Assembly (NCBI GenBank): GCA_937902735.1
Contig: CALELS010000013.1
Location: 134,523-198,522 of the forward strand
DNA length: 64,000 nucleotides
Source: an uncultured Bacillales bacterium
Lineage (GTDB): Bacteria > Bacillota_I > Bacilli_A > RFN20 > CAG-826
Direction of reading: 5' to 3'
Shown here: positions 9,723 to 18,787 of the stretch, piece after piece
How the letters are laid out: each line of letters begins with the position of its first letter
How positions within the stretch are numbered: position 1 is the stretch's first letter
Translations under genes and position numbers: made by a program
Notes under the pieces: generated by a model
Databases searched by the model: none
What the model was told of the DNA's origin: nothing
What the model saw: the letters and a program-made list of their open reading frames with translations, nothing else

Positions 9723-10235
9723 ATGGTTATCAAAGCTATCTATATGGATATCACAAAAATAGGTGAATTAGCTGATGTTATTGTCAACGCTGCAAACGAA
9801 TCACTGCTAGGCGGTGGTGGTGTTGACGGTGCAATCCATAGAGCAGCCGGCCCAGAATTGTTAGAGGAATGTCGAACTCTTCATGGGTGTCATCCTGGAG
9901 AGGCCAAAGCTACTAAAGCGTATAGATTAAAGAACAAGTACATTATTCATACAGTTGGACCGCGTTATTATTCTGACCCGCATCCAGCAGAAACATTAGC
10001 AAATTGTTATTTAAATTGCTTAAAACTAGCAGATGAACTTGGAATGGAATCTATAGCATTTCCATCAATATCAACAGGCATATTTGGATATCCGGTTGAA
10101 GAGGCTGCTGAAATATGTGCTAAGGTAGTATGTGGCTACAAGCCAAAGCACTTGAAATATGGATACATGTGCATTCTTAATGACGAACACAACGAGGCTG
10201 TTTACAACGGAGCATTCCAAAAATTCAATCATTAG
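9723..10235 (+). CDS. Macro-domain protein (ADP-ribose/O-acetyl-ADP-ribose processing, MacroD/YmdB-like)
   Basis: [28 protein letters not shown] and [13 protein letters not shown] are canonical macro-domain motifs. Confidence 0.85.
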   Translation: MVIKAIYMDITKIGELADVIVNAANESLLGGGGVDGAIHRAAGPELLEECRTLHGCHPGEAKATKAYRLKNKYIIHTVGPRYYSDPHPAETLANCYLNCLKLADELGMESIAFPSISTGIFGYPVEEAAEICAKVVCGYKPKHLKYGYMCILNDEHNEAVYNGAFQKFNH

Positions 10236-10273
10236 GATTGTGATATAATTTTGCAAAAGGAGTAATAGGTGTT

Positions 10274-11584
10274 ATGTTTAATCAGGAATCTATCAATTTG
10301 TTCGTTAAAAAATTCAATATCTTTTTTAGAACAAAGATGGAGATAGTTATTAAAAGAGAACAAAAGAACTATGATTTGCTCAACACTTTTTTAACCATAT
10401 TCTCTCCAGATAAAATTCCGTCATTAGCTCTTGAAGATTATTGTTTTGCAAAAGGCAATAAGAACACTATGTGCTATTGGATTGATAACACGCTTAATGA
10501 TTTGGGAGACATACACATTAATGGCCAATGTGGCTTTCAGAAATTCGGTATTCAAAATATAAATGGTGAATACGTATTCAAGAGAAGCAATCAAACAAAT
10601 TGTAAATACGGTGATAATTCTGATGACGTTTATAAAACAATTAACTCAGAGCTAATAAAAGTCATTGCTGCAGCTATTGCGTTTAATGCCGACGAAATTG
10701 ACAAATCAATGCTTCCCCAAGTTTTTAAATCGAAACTTTCATATTTATATAACAAAGATCATTGGATGCCTATTTATGTCAATACCGATGTGGATAAGCT
10801 ATTAGATGTTTTTGAAATTCCATATTATCATTCTGAATCTTTGACAAAAAAGCGAGTCAAACTATATTACTTCTACTTAGAAGTGAAAAAGCAAATACCA
10901 TTTATTACTACATGGGAATTTATGAACTTTGTTTATTCTGTTGATGGATATAGAGATTATCTAAGGAATGGTAAACCTGTTAATCATTCAAGCGCAAACG
11001 CCGAAATACGAATGAGTGGCCCAGATGACTCTACGATCAATTCTCAGGACAGCGAAGAAGACGAATTAGATTTGAGCGATGAGGATTTGATTGAATTTGT
11101 AGGCACTTATACTAAAAACGGAACAATTGATAACGGAGTTACTGCTTCCAGAAAGAAAAGAAACACACCAAGAAAGACGGACTACCAAAGAAAGCAGAAG
11201 AATAATGAGCGAAAAGGAACGATTGGAGAAAAGCTTATTTACAATGATGAAGTAAGTAAAATTGCTAATCTGAATCTTAATTTAGAAGTTATTCATAATG
11301 CTGCAAACGATGATACTCTTGGTTATGACATCACTTCTTATGATGAGAAAGGTAAAAAAATCTTTATTGAAGTTAAAACAACTACGAGTGGCAGAATAGA
11401 TGGCTTTCATCTCTCTGTTAAGGAAGTTGAGAAAGCTATTGAATTAGGAGAAAGATTCAAATTGTACCGTGTTTATAATTTAAATGTAAAAAACAAAACA
11501 TACGACGTTGAAATCTTTAATGGTGTAGAACTATTTGAAACCTTCAAACTCAAAGAAACAAGCTTCATTGCTTTAATTAATTAG
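10274..11584 (+). CDS. Two-domain protein: unknown N-terminal domain + C-terminal DUF3883-type PD-(D/E)xK nuclease
   Basis: C-terminal LGYDITSYDEKGKKIFIEVKTTTSGRIDGFHLSVKEVEKA matches the DUF3883 pattern (GyDI...IEVKtt...f.lS.nE). Confidence 0.6.
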   Translation: MFNQESINLFVKKFNIFFRTKMEIVIKREQKNYDLLNTFLTIFSPDKIPSLALEDYCFAKGNKNTMCYWIDNTLNDLGDIHINGQCGFQKFGIQNINGEYVFKRSNQTNCKYGDNSDDVYKTINSELIKVIAAAIAFNADEIDKSMLPQVFKSKLSYLYNKDHWMPIYVNTDVDKLLDVFEIPYYHSESLTKKRVKLYYFYLEVKKQIPFITTWEFMNFVYSVDGYRDYLRNGKPVNHSSANAEIRMSGPDDSTINSQDSEEDELDLSDEDLIEFVGTYTKNGTIDNGVTASRKKRNTPRKTDYQRKQKNNERKGTIGEKLIYNDEVSKIANLNLNLEVIHNAANDDTLGYDITSYDEKGKKIFIEVKTTTSGRIDGFHLSVKEVEKAIELGERFKLYRVYNLNVKNKTYDVEIFNGVELFETFKLKETSFIALIN

Positions 11585-11586
11585 AT

Positions 11587-12555
11587 ATGTCTAAAAAATC
11601 AATTTACATAGTTGAAAACGAGATTCGTCCTGGCGATTATGTTTTCTTTTATAGTGGAGAAGTTCTTACCGTAACTAAATACGATAAAGACAGACATAGA
11701 ATCACATTTGAAGATGGCTCCGTTAGAGATCTCTATGTCATATATGATAACTATGTTTCAGATATACGTCATCCGGCTGAAAAAGTTACAAAAACAAAGT
11801 CAGATAAGAAATGCAGTTCAAAATCAAAAACTACGAAAGCCAAACCCGCAAAGAGAGAATCCAAGACGTTCTCCCTTTATGCGTTAGCAAGCGGGAAACC
11901 TGGAAAGAAATTCACAATCAAAGCATTTCTGCAAATAACTAAGAACGCTAAGAAAAAGCCAGGTGGAGCCAATACTGAAAAGACAATTAAGCTCGATGAC
12001 GGTTATGTTTATGAAGCTGATTCGCAGCAAGAAATATCGACGCTTAAAAAGTTGATTTCGCATGATGCTTTTAAAAGATTGAGGGGACAATGCATTAATA
12101 TCCCGTATAGATATGGTGGTAAGACCCATAATTACTATCCCGATTTTATCATTCTCACTCAGACCAACAAGATCATTATTATGGAAGTAAAAGAAATTGC
12201 CCAAATGAACACAAAGCAGAATATCAAAAAATATGATGCTCTTAAGAGATATTGTGAGAAGAATGGTTATTTATATATCATGTGCGATAAATCATTTAAA
12301 CCATATGAAAAACTTAGTAAGTTCACTGCAAGTAGTCGAGTGGAAACTGCAATCGATGATGCTCTTGACGAAAAAGGATGTTTTGATTATTCAGATTTTA
12401 AAGAATTGATAAAAGGCAAAGACCATAAAAAGATAAAAGGCATCAGAAACTCGATCGGTATTTATATCAAATCACACAAAAAAGTCAAAATGATTGGCGA
12501 TTTAACATTCAATAGTTCAGATTTCCGTATTATTAGAATCAAGAAGAAGAAATAG
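11587..12555 (+). CDS. PD-(D/E)xK-fold nuclease-like protein with small N-terminal beta-rich domain and K-rich linker
   Basis: YYPDFIILTQTNKIIIMEVKE (PD...EVK). Begins 2 nt after the upstream stop. Confidence 0.5.
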   Translation: MSKKSIYIVENEIRPGDYVFFYSGEVLTVTKYDKDRHRITFEDGSVRDLYVIYDNYVSDIRHPAEKVTKTKSDKKCSSKSKTTKAKPAKRESKTFSLYALASGKPGKKFTIKAFLQITKNAKKKPGGANTEKTIKLDDGYVYEADSQQEISTLKKLISHDAFKRLRGQCINIPYRYGGKTHNYYPDFIILTQTNKIIIMEVKEIAQMNTKQNIKKYDALKRYCEKNGYLYIMCDKSFKPYEKLSKFTASSRVETAIDDALDEKGCFDYSDFKELIKGKDHKKIKGIRNSIGIYIKSHKKVKMIGDLTFNSSDFRIIRIKKKK

Positions 12556-12684
12556 GGGCAAAACGCTCCTTTTTTTACATTCTTATATGCAAATACGTAT
12601 TATGAACCCTGGTCAAACCCATGAGTGGTCAACTACTACACTGGGATTTTAAAGTAATATTATATATAATATTAAAATTGCATA

Positions 12685-12760
12685 AAAACATATTCCCTGA
12701 TACACCGGTTGCCTATGATATATAGTGCGTAATTAAACCCCATGTCAGGGAATATGTTTT
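12685..12760. repeat. Perfect 16-bp inverted repeat AAAACATATTCCCTGA / TCAGGGAATATGTTTT flanking a 44-bp spacer (MITE-like or large operator); third arm copy at 37329..37342
   Basis: Read directly from the sequence at 12685-12700 and 12745-12760; TCAGGGAATATGTT recurs at 37329. Confidence 0.6.
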
Positions 12761-12798
12761 ATTGTCCAATTATGCCTTCGTTATATTTTTTACGCCAT

Positions 12799-12842
12799 AG
12801 TATTACGATTTGGTAATATTACGGTTTTGAAAATATAAAATC
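12799..12842 (+). promoter_or_regulatory. Second copy of duplicated promoter-like leader (TTGGTA-N18-TATAAA)
   Basis: AGTATTACGATTTGGTAATATTACGGTTTTGAAAATATAAAATCC aligns with 1528..1570 in the same register. Confidence 0.45.
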
Positions 12843-12904
12843 CGTGCATGTGTGCGTTAATTATTTGTTTATGGCACATATCATACGATAAAATAAATAA
12901 AGAT

Positions 12905-13981
12905 ATGGATTTCGCTAAAAGGATGGAAATAGCCAAAAGGCAAGAAGAGAGGCATAGAGCTCTTTTAGAAAAAAGAGAACGCTTTACCGATGCCGAAGAA
13001 AAATATAGACAGTTCTTTTTAGATATAGATAAAAATGAAGCTCATCTTTTTGGCGATTTGCCAGAAAGAAAGACTGAATCAACTCGTCGCATTATAGAGC
13101 TTCTTCTTAAGAATCCTGAAGAATATAAAAGAAAAACAGCTGAGATTCATGCCAAATACCCCAAACTAACATCTAGTGAATTCACAGAAGCATTGAAAAC
13201 AATGTGGAAGTATCAATACGAATACTATAAAGAGCTGGTTGATTATTTAAATATGACCAACGAAGATTATGAGACTCTTTTCTCACCAGAATATAAAAAG
13301 AAAACATTCGAAATGGCCAAAAATGGGCTTTTCCTGTTTTATGAAGAAACTCCTGACATGGAAGAGTTCTTGACTGATGACACAGACAAAAATATAGAAT
13401 TTGTTTTGAATTATATCTCAATGGATGATTTTGGTCCGTTGAGACAGATGCTCATGTATTTGTATACAGAAGAAGATCCTTCAGACTTTTTAAGAACTGT
13501 TAAAACTAGAGATTTTAAAGAAGCGATTGCTTGCTTGATAAATGGTTGCTATGGATCTTGCGCTAGAACAATGCTTGCCTTGATTGAAAACGAACACACT
13601 AATGCCTCAAATATCAATAGAGATTTCTTTGAAGATAAAATTACTAAAGGCGCGGATAGAGCTATTGAAATATCCAAACAACTTGGTGAGATTCATGTTT
13701 CTTATTTCGCGGAATGTTGGAAATTAATGAATGATTATTATCAAGAAATAACGGCAAATAGCGCAAAAAAATCAACTAGATATATAAACAGAAATGAAGT
13801 TGTGCATGGTGTTTATTGGGATGCTATTTTGCCTGACAAAAAGGCGTGTACAGAACTAGTTTTGTTTTACGTCAGTTTTAAAGCGATGTCGTTTTTGCTC
13901 CAAGAAGTTTATGATATGAGAGCAAGAGTTAATGAGGAATTTGATTTAGTGATTGCAAAGGAGTTATCAGAACGTGCTTGA
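12905..13981 (+). CDS. Alpha-helical protein with a candidate HEPN-type Rx4H motif (RNEVVHG)
   Basis: RYINRNEVVHGVYWD lies near the C-terminus. The track start at 12848 sits almost at the predicted TSS, so the ATG at 12905 is preferred. The HEPN assignment rests on the motif only. Confidence 0.4.
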   Translation: MDFAKRMEIAKRQEERHRALLEKRERFTDAEEKYRQFFLDIDKNEAHLFGDLPERKTESTRRIIELLLKNPEEYKRKTAEIHAKYPKLTSSEFTEALKTMWKYQYEYYKELVDYLNMTNEDYETLFSPEYKKKTFEMAKNGLFLFYEETPDMEEFLTDDTDKNIEFVLNYISMDDFGPLRQMLMYLYTEEDPSDFLRTVKTRDFKEAIACLINGCYGSCARTMLALIENEHTNASNINRDFFEDKITKGADRAIEISKQLGEIHVSYFAECWKLMNDYYQEITANSAKKSTRYINRNEVVHGVYWDAILPDKKACTELVLFYVSFKAMSFLLQEVYDMRARVNEEFDLVIAKELSERA

Positions 13982-15236
13982 TTTCTTGAATTATTTAGGG
14001 AATAAGGTAGTTGGGCGTTATAAAACCGTTGAGTCAAACATTAGAAACCGCTCCAATTCTTTTTACGACTCCTTTCTTGATCTTTTAGAAGATACTGTTA
14101 AAGCCATTTTAATGAATGAAGATATTGGCTATGACGGCAGAACTTGTGGAGAGATATTAAGAGAACCAGATGTTAATAATTTCTTTAAACATAAAGCTAA
14201 TATAGATAAAGATCTTTATTCGAAAGTCGGAGACTATATCAAAAAGATAAACGAACACAAACACCATAATGAAAAATATGTCAATGTCGATACTGTCATT
14301 AACTATATGTCTACATATTATGGGTTTGTAACTCCTTATCTTATTTACAAAGGCATAGAAATAAAACCATTTAATGAGGCCTATTTTAGAGGCATTTATG
14401 GCGTTACTTTAGAAAGAAGCAAAGAACTTGACAATGTTTCTCAAAAAGTGGATGAGTTTGTTTCAACTACTAATGTAAAAATTGATGAGCATTCAACTAG
14501 AATTGCTGCACTTGAGGCTTGGTCACAAGAATTTAACAGAAGGCAAATGCAACCTCAACCACAGTCGAGTGTTAAACCGCCAGAGAAAAAGAGTGAAAAA
14601 GAGGTAATGCATTGGTTCTTTAGAACCTCAAAAAAGAGCTGGCGTTGGTTCGGAAATCAATTCGAGTTGAATAAAAGCAAATCACTAGCTATTTTTTCTC
14701 ATGTCTTGCTCTTGGTTCTTGGACTGTTAACAACTATTGTGACATCTATTTCTACAAAGATTTATACGACATTCACCCTATTCGAAAACATTTGGCTTAT
14801 CTTTGGAATCCTCTTGTTAGTTTATGCGGTTAAAGCAAAACTTACATACGAGAGCGGAGACTTAGCTAGAAATACCAATTATAAGTATAAACAAGACCAA
14901 TTTGGGTTATGGAATCCGGGAAAAGAGAAAGCTGTATTCAAAGTGTTTAGGTGGTTAGGAATAATAGCGGTAGTAGGGAACATTATCTATATTTGGGTTC
15001 AATCCAGTAATATAAGCTGGCTTGCAACGATATTAGAGGTGCTGTTCTTAGGCTCAATCATCTTCTCGTTCTTCATGAACGTTTCACTATTTGCGCAATA
15101 TACCATTATATATTTAGAAGGAAAAAATATGAGCGGAACCGAATATGTAAAACTTGTTTGGGACCCAATGATTAAACAATTCCTTGTGGAAGAAGAATAT
15201 AAGAAGAAAATGCCGTTCTTATATGACAAATATTAA
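13973..15236 (+). CDS. Membrane protein: unique ~180-aa N-terminal cytoplasmic domain + coiled coil + 4-TM domain paralogous to ORF 1624..2463
   Basis: An AAAGGAG RBS lies 9 nt before the GTG at 13973, overlapping the upstream stop (the track uses TTG at 13953). C-terminal homology includes SWRWFGNQFE, TFTLFENIW, VLFLGSIIFSFFMN and EEEYKKKMPFLYDKY. Confidence 0.65.
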
Positions 15237-15247
15237 TGCATCAATAA

Positions 15248-15274
15248 AGACATCGTGAAAGCGGTGTTTTTTTG
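15248..15274 (+). terminator. Putative intrinsic terminator
   Basis: ACATCG-TGAAAG-CGGTGT stem (one G:U pair) followed by TTTTTTT, 12 nt after the stop at 15236. Confidence 0.4.
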
Positions 15275-15333
15275 ATATGATAGATATTGCATCGTAATGC
15301 TCCGGAGCCTCGCAATAGCTTAGCAAAGGAGAA

Positions 15334-15552
15334 ATGAAGTTTATGATGCAAGATTCTATGTCGGCTCGCGCTGGCAAAAATCTTAAACGCATTATCAAGG
15401 AAAAAGGCTTCACTCAGGAACAATTTGCTGAGCAAATGTATGTAGATCCAACAACTGTTCGCAGATGGTTGGCACACGGGATCAAGGATATTGATACCAT
15501 CAGTACAATAGCCGAAATCTTCGATATAGACGTTATGGACATCCTTAAATAG
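15334..15552 (+). CDS. XRE-family HTH transcriptional regulator
   Basis: GFTQEQFAEQMYVDPTTVRRWLAHG is a classic HTH_3 pattern. Confidence 0.75.
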   Translation: MKFMMQDSMSARAGKNLKRIIKEKGFTQEQFAEQMYVDPTTVRRWLAHGIKDIDTISTIAEIFDIDVMDILK

Positions 15553-15569
15553 GGTGTCTTTTTGTTTTT

Positions 15570-15588
15570 GCACTATTATAAATAGTGC
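15570..15588. promoter_or_regulatory. Palindromic operator candidate GCACTAT-TATAA-ATAGTGC (NrdR-box-like half-sites) upstream of the nrd operon
   Basis: 7-bp perfect inverted arms. The half-sites resemble the NrdR-box consensus acaCtAt/aTaGtgt, but the centre is 3 bp longer than canonical. Confidence 0.4.
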
Positions 15589-15655
15589 ATTTGTTGCGCT
15601 ATTTTGAGTGTTGACAATAATTCAGAATATTGGTGTCGAAAGGAAACAAACACTA

Positions 15656-16071
15656 TGACACCAAAAAACAAATACTTCAAAGTTACAGCCAAATGCGGAC
15701 ACGTTGGTAAAGGCAATTATGTCCCAGTGGCATTCGCTGTTAAAGCAGAAAGCAGAAGTGCTGCATCTCAAAAAGTTATGACTTATCACAGAGTCAAAAA
15801 ACAATTAAACGATGCAATCATCTCCTGCGAAGAAATTGATAGAGATTCTTATAAGGAACTCATGCAGGCGAACAAAGAATTCAAATATCTCCAATGCAAA
15901 TGCAATAGACAACAAAGAGAGATTGAAGGATTCGATTCACTCATCTGCAAAAACGAATACAGAGAAGAAAGACGCAAAGTCGAACCAGCCAAATCTATGA
16001 AATATAGAAGAGCAATCTATGAGTTGGGCGGCAGAAGAAGCTCTCTCTCACTCTGCTACGGGGAGGACTAA
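15656..16071 (+). CDS. Small Cys/His-containing protein (AKCGHVG...NY family), first gene of the nrd operon; truncated paralog at 40007..40294
   Basis: AAAGGAAAC RBS. ~85% DNA identity to 40160..40294 (reverse strand) over the first ~130 nt. 4-nt gap to nrdG. Confidence 0.55.
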
Positions 16072-16074
16072 ATC

Positions 16075-16515
16075 ATGAAGATCTATATCAATTCTATTCA
16101 ATTTAACAAGAGCCTTGTTGATGGTCCAGGAGTGAGAACATTAGTTTTCTTCCAAGGCTGTGACATTCATTGTCCAGGATGTCAAAATCCATCTTCTTGG
16201 GATATTACAAAAGGAACTGAATATTCTGTCAAAAACCTATCAAAAATCATAAAAGATGGCACTTTTAACGGGAAAATCACACTTACTGGTGGTGAGCCAC
16301 TTATGCAAAAAGAAGCGTTAGTGGAGCTATTAAAAGAGCTCAAAGGTTTAGATGTCATAGTTTATACAGGACATCAAAAAGAAGACGTTCCAAATGAAGT
16401 ATGGAAACTCACTTCTTATGTCAAATGTGGTCCTTTCATTGAGCGACTTAAAACTACAATCAAGCCTTATGTGGGATCTAGTAATCAAGAATTAATTAAA
16501 TCGGAGGGCAAATAA
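16075..16515 (+). CDS. nrdG: Anaerobic ribonucleoside-triphosphate reductase activating protein (radical SAM)
   Basis: FFQGCDIHCPGCQNP (CxxxCxxC) at the N-terminus; size ~146 aa; directly upstream of nrdD. Confidence 0.85.
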   Translation: MKIYINSIQFNKSLVDGPGVRTLVFFQGCDIHCPGCQNPSSWDITKGTEYSVKNLSKIIKDGTFNGKITLTGGEPLMQKEALVELLKELKGLDVIVYTGHQKEDVPNEVWKLTSYVKCGPFIERLKTTIKPYVGSSNQELIKSEGK

Positions 16516-16517
16516 AT

Positions 16518-18224
16518 ATGAAACAAAACACTAATGAAAATGCAGCAAATAGAACCAGTTATGTTGGTCATGTCTATACGGTTGGTGAAAGAGCTTATAA
16601 ACAAGAAATACTTAACTCTCTTCCTGCTGAATGGAAAGATTTGCACACAAAAGGTTATATCCACATCCATGACTTAGATGCTTATGGATTAACTTATAAC
16701 TGTTTAACTTTTAATCTAGTTCCTAACTTTCCTTATGAAAGATTTAAAGATTTCTCTGAGCAAAGAAAGATAGTCAGATTATTTGATTTCCTTAAAGAGT
16801 TGTTTACCAAGATGGGAAATGAGCAATCTGGTGGTATGGCTTTTGCTAATTTTGATAATGAAATGGCAGAAGTTATTACCAAGCTCGGAATCACAATCAA
16901 TGATGTCAATCTTTCTTTAATCAAAGATGCTATCGGAGAGCTTATTCTCTGGTGCAACGACAACCATACTAGAATGGGTCAAACCAGCTACTATGTTACT
17001 TTTAACATCGGCTTAGCGGATAGTGACTTAGCTAGATCTATAGCTTCGTTCCTCCTTGATGAATTTTACACAGCTGGTGACCTTATCTATAAACCAAACA
17101 TTGTCTTTAAAGTCCATGCTGGTCATAACCGCTTCGCCGATGATCCTAATCATTATCTTCTTAAAAAAGCTTTACTATGTACTGCTAAGAAGATGATTCC
17201 TACCTACCTTCTTTGCGATAGTGCTCCAGATAAAAACTATGATCCATATCGCTTAGCTGTTATGGGTTGCCGCACAAGAGTTGTAACTGACGTCTATGGC
17301 TGTGAAGGCTCTATTGGAAGAGGCAATATTGATAACATTTCCATTAATCTTCCTAGACTTGCTTTAGAGATAGTCGAGAAATGGCCAAATATCGATGTGG
17401 ATGAAAGAGTCCGCAAATTTAAAAAGAGATGGAATGAAGTAGCAACTGTTACTAAAGACATCCTTTTGGATAGATATTACAAAACCTGCAAAAGACAAGC
17501 TGATGATTTTCCAACCAATTCCGAATATAAACTTTGGTGCAAAGATTTCACAACAGTTGACTCTTTAGAAGAGGTCTTTAAACACGGCACATTATCGCTT
17601 GGTTTTATTGGATTAAGTGAGGCTGTCGAAGTTTTAACTGGTGCTAAATATTACTCAAGCGCAGATAACTACGTTGTTGCATTGGGAATTGTCAAACACA
17701 TGAGAGATTTCTGTGATTTCTTAAGATATGACTACAATCTTAATTTCTCTTTGCTTGCTACTAGCGGTGAACTCATTTCAGGAAGATTTATCGATATTGA
17801 TAAAGAAATCTTCAAACCAGAAGTAGATATTTTCGCTAAAGGTTACTATACCAACTCGTTCCATATTGATGTAGATAGCGGACTTCCTGCTTACAAAAAG
17901 ATTCAAATGGAAGGATTATTTCATGAACTCTGCAATGGTGGATGCATCACGTATGTAGAGCTAGGTGAAGCTCCTTTAGGAAATTATGAAGGTCTACTTG
18001 AATATGTTGAAGTTGCCATCAAAGCAGGTACCCATTATTTAGGCTTTAATTTCCCAAAGGACATCTGTGATGAATGTGGCACAAGTGGTGTTTTTGACGA
18101 ATGCCCAGTTTGTCATAGCAAGCGCATCACTAGAATCAGAAGAGTATCTGGATATCTCGAGATATTAGATGGTTTTACCAAAGGCAAAAAGGCAGAAGAG
18201 AAAAACAGGAGGAAGAATGGATGA
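16518..18224 (+). CDS. nrdD: Anaerobic (class III) ribonucleoside-triphosphate reductase, compact phage-like form
   Basis: C-terminal zinc ribbon CDECG...CPVCH followed by the glycyl-radical motif RRVSGYLE. Confidence 0.9.
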   Translation: MKQNTNENAANRTSYVGHVYTVGERAYKQEILNSLPAEWKDLHTKGYIHIHDLDAYGLTYNCLTFNLVPNFPYERFKDFSEQRKIVRLFDFLKELFTKMGNEQSGGMAFANFDNEMAEVITKLGITINDVNLSLIKDAIGELILWCNDNHTRMGQTSYYVTFNIGLADSDLARSIASFLLDEFYTAGDLIYKPNIVFKVHAGHNRFADDPNHYLLKKALLCTAKKMIPTYLLCDSAPDKNYDPYRLAVMGCRTRVVTDVYGCEGSIGRGNIDNISINLPRLALEIVEKWPNIDVDERVRKFKKRWNEVATVTKDILLDRYYKTCKRQADDFPTNSEYKLWCKDFTTVDSLEEVFKHGTLSLGFIGLSEAVEVLTGAKYYSSADNYVVALGIVKHMRDFCDFLRYDYNLNFSLLATSGELISGRFIDIDKEIFKPEVDIFAKGYYTNSFHIDVDSGLPAYKKIQMEGLFHELCNGGCITYVELGEAPLGNYEGLLEYVEVAIKAGTHYLGFNFPKDICDECGTSGVFDECPVCHSKRITRIRRVSGYLEILDGFTKGKKAEEKNRRKNG

Positions 18225-18787
18225 TTTATTACATAGCAGATACACACTTTAGAGATCAGTCCATTTTTGATAAATGTAAGAGACCTTTTAAGTCAATCCT
18301 AGATATGGATGAGACCATTATTAACAATTGGAATAATAGAGTTAAGGATGACGACGTTATCTATGTTTTAGGTGACTTAGTTAGAGATGATGATGTTTCG
18401 GCTATTCAAATCTTTAATAGATTAAAAGGCCATAAGCACTTAATCGTTGGAAACCATGACCACCAATTATTAGACGTCATCAAAAGCTCTAACTTGTTTG
18501 AATCAATCAAGTTCATAGATTTGGTTATCGATAACAATCGCAAAGTCTGTGTTTGCCATTATCCATTAATGGATTGGATGGAATTCAATAGACAAGGCAT
18601 TCTAGTTTACGGTCATATCCATAATAAAACTGCAAAGAATGGCGATGCCTATAAACAAATAAAAGAGTTTTATAAAACATTACCTGCATATAACTGTGGT
18701 GTCGACGTATGCGATTTTGAACCAAAGACATTAGATGAGCTTATTCGTTTAAAGGAGGAAAACAAAGATGAACCATATATCAATTGA
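18221..18787 (+). CDS. Calcineurin-like metallophosphoesterase
   Basis: IADTHF, GDLVRDDD, GNHDHQ and GHIHN motifs. Confidence 0.75.
   Translation: MIYYIADTHFRDQSIFDKCKRPFKSILDMDETIINNWNNRVKDDDVIYVLGDLVRDDDVSAIQIFNRLKGHKHLIVGNHDHQLLDVIKSSNLFESIKFIDLVIDNNRKVCVCHYPLMDWMEFNRQGILVYGHIHNKTAKNGDAYKQIKEFYKTLPAYNCGVDVCDFEPKTLDELIRLKEENKDEPYIN

Noticed and set aside
8674-13981. Alternative genetic code (TGA = Trp, Mycoplasma/Spiroplasma code)
   Set aside because: Well-supported genes terminate at TGA directly followed by RBS/start contexts (8674-8676, 13979-13981), and no conserved domain requires read-through. Standard code assumed.
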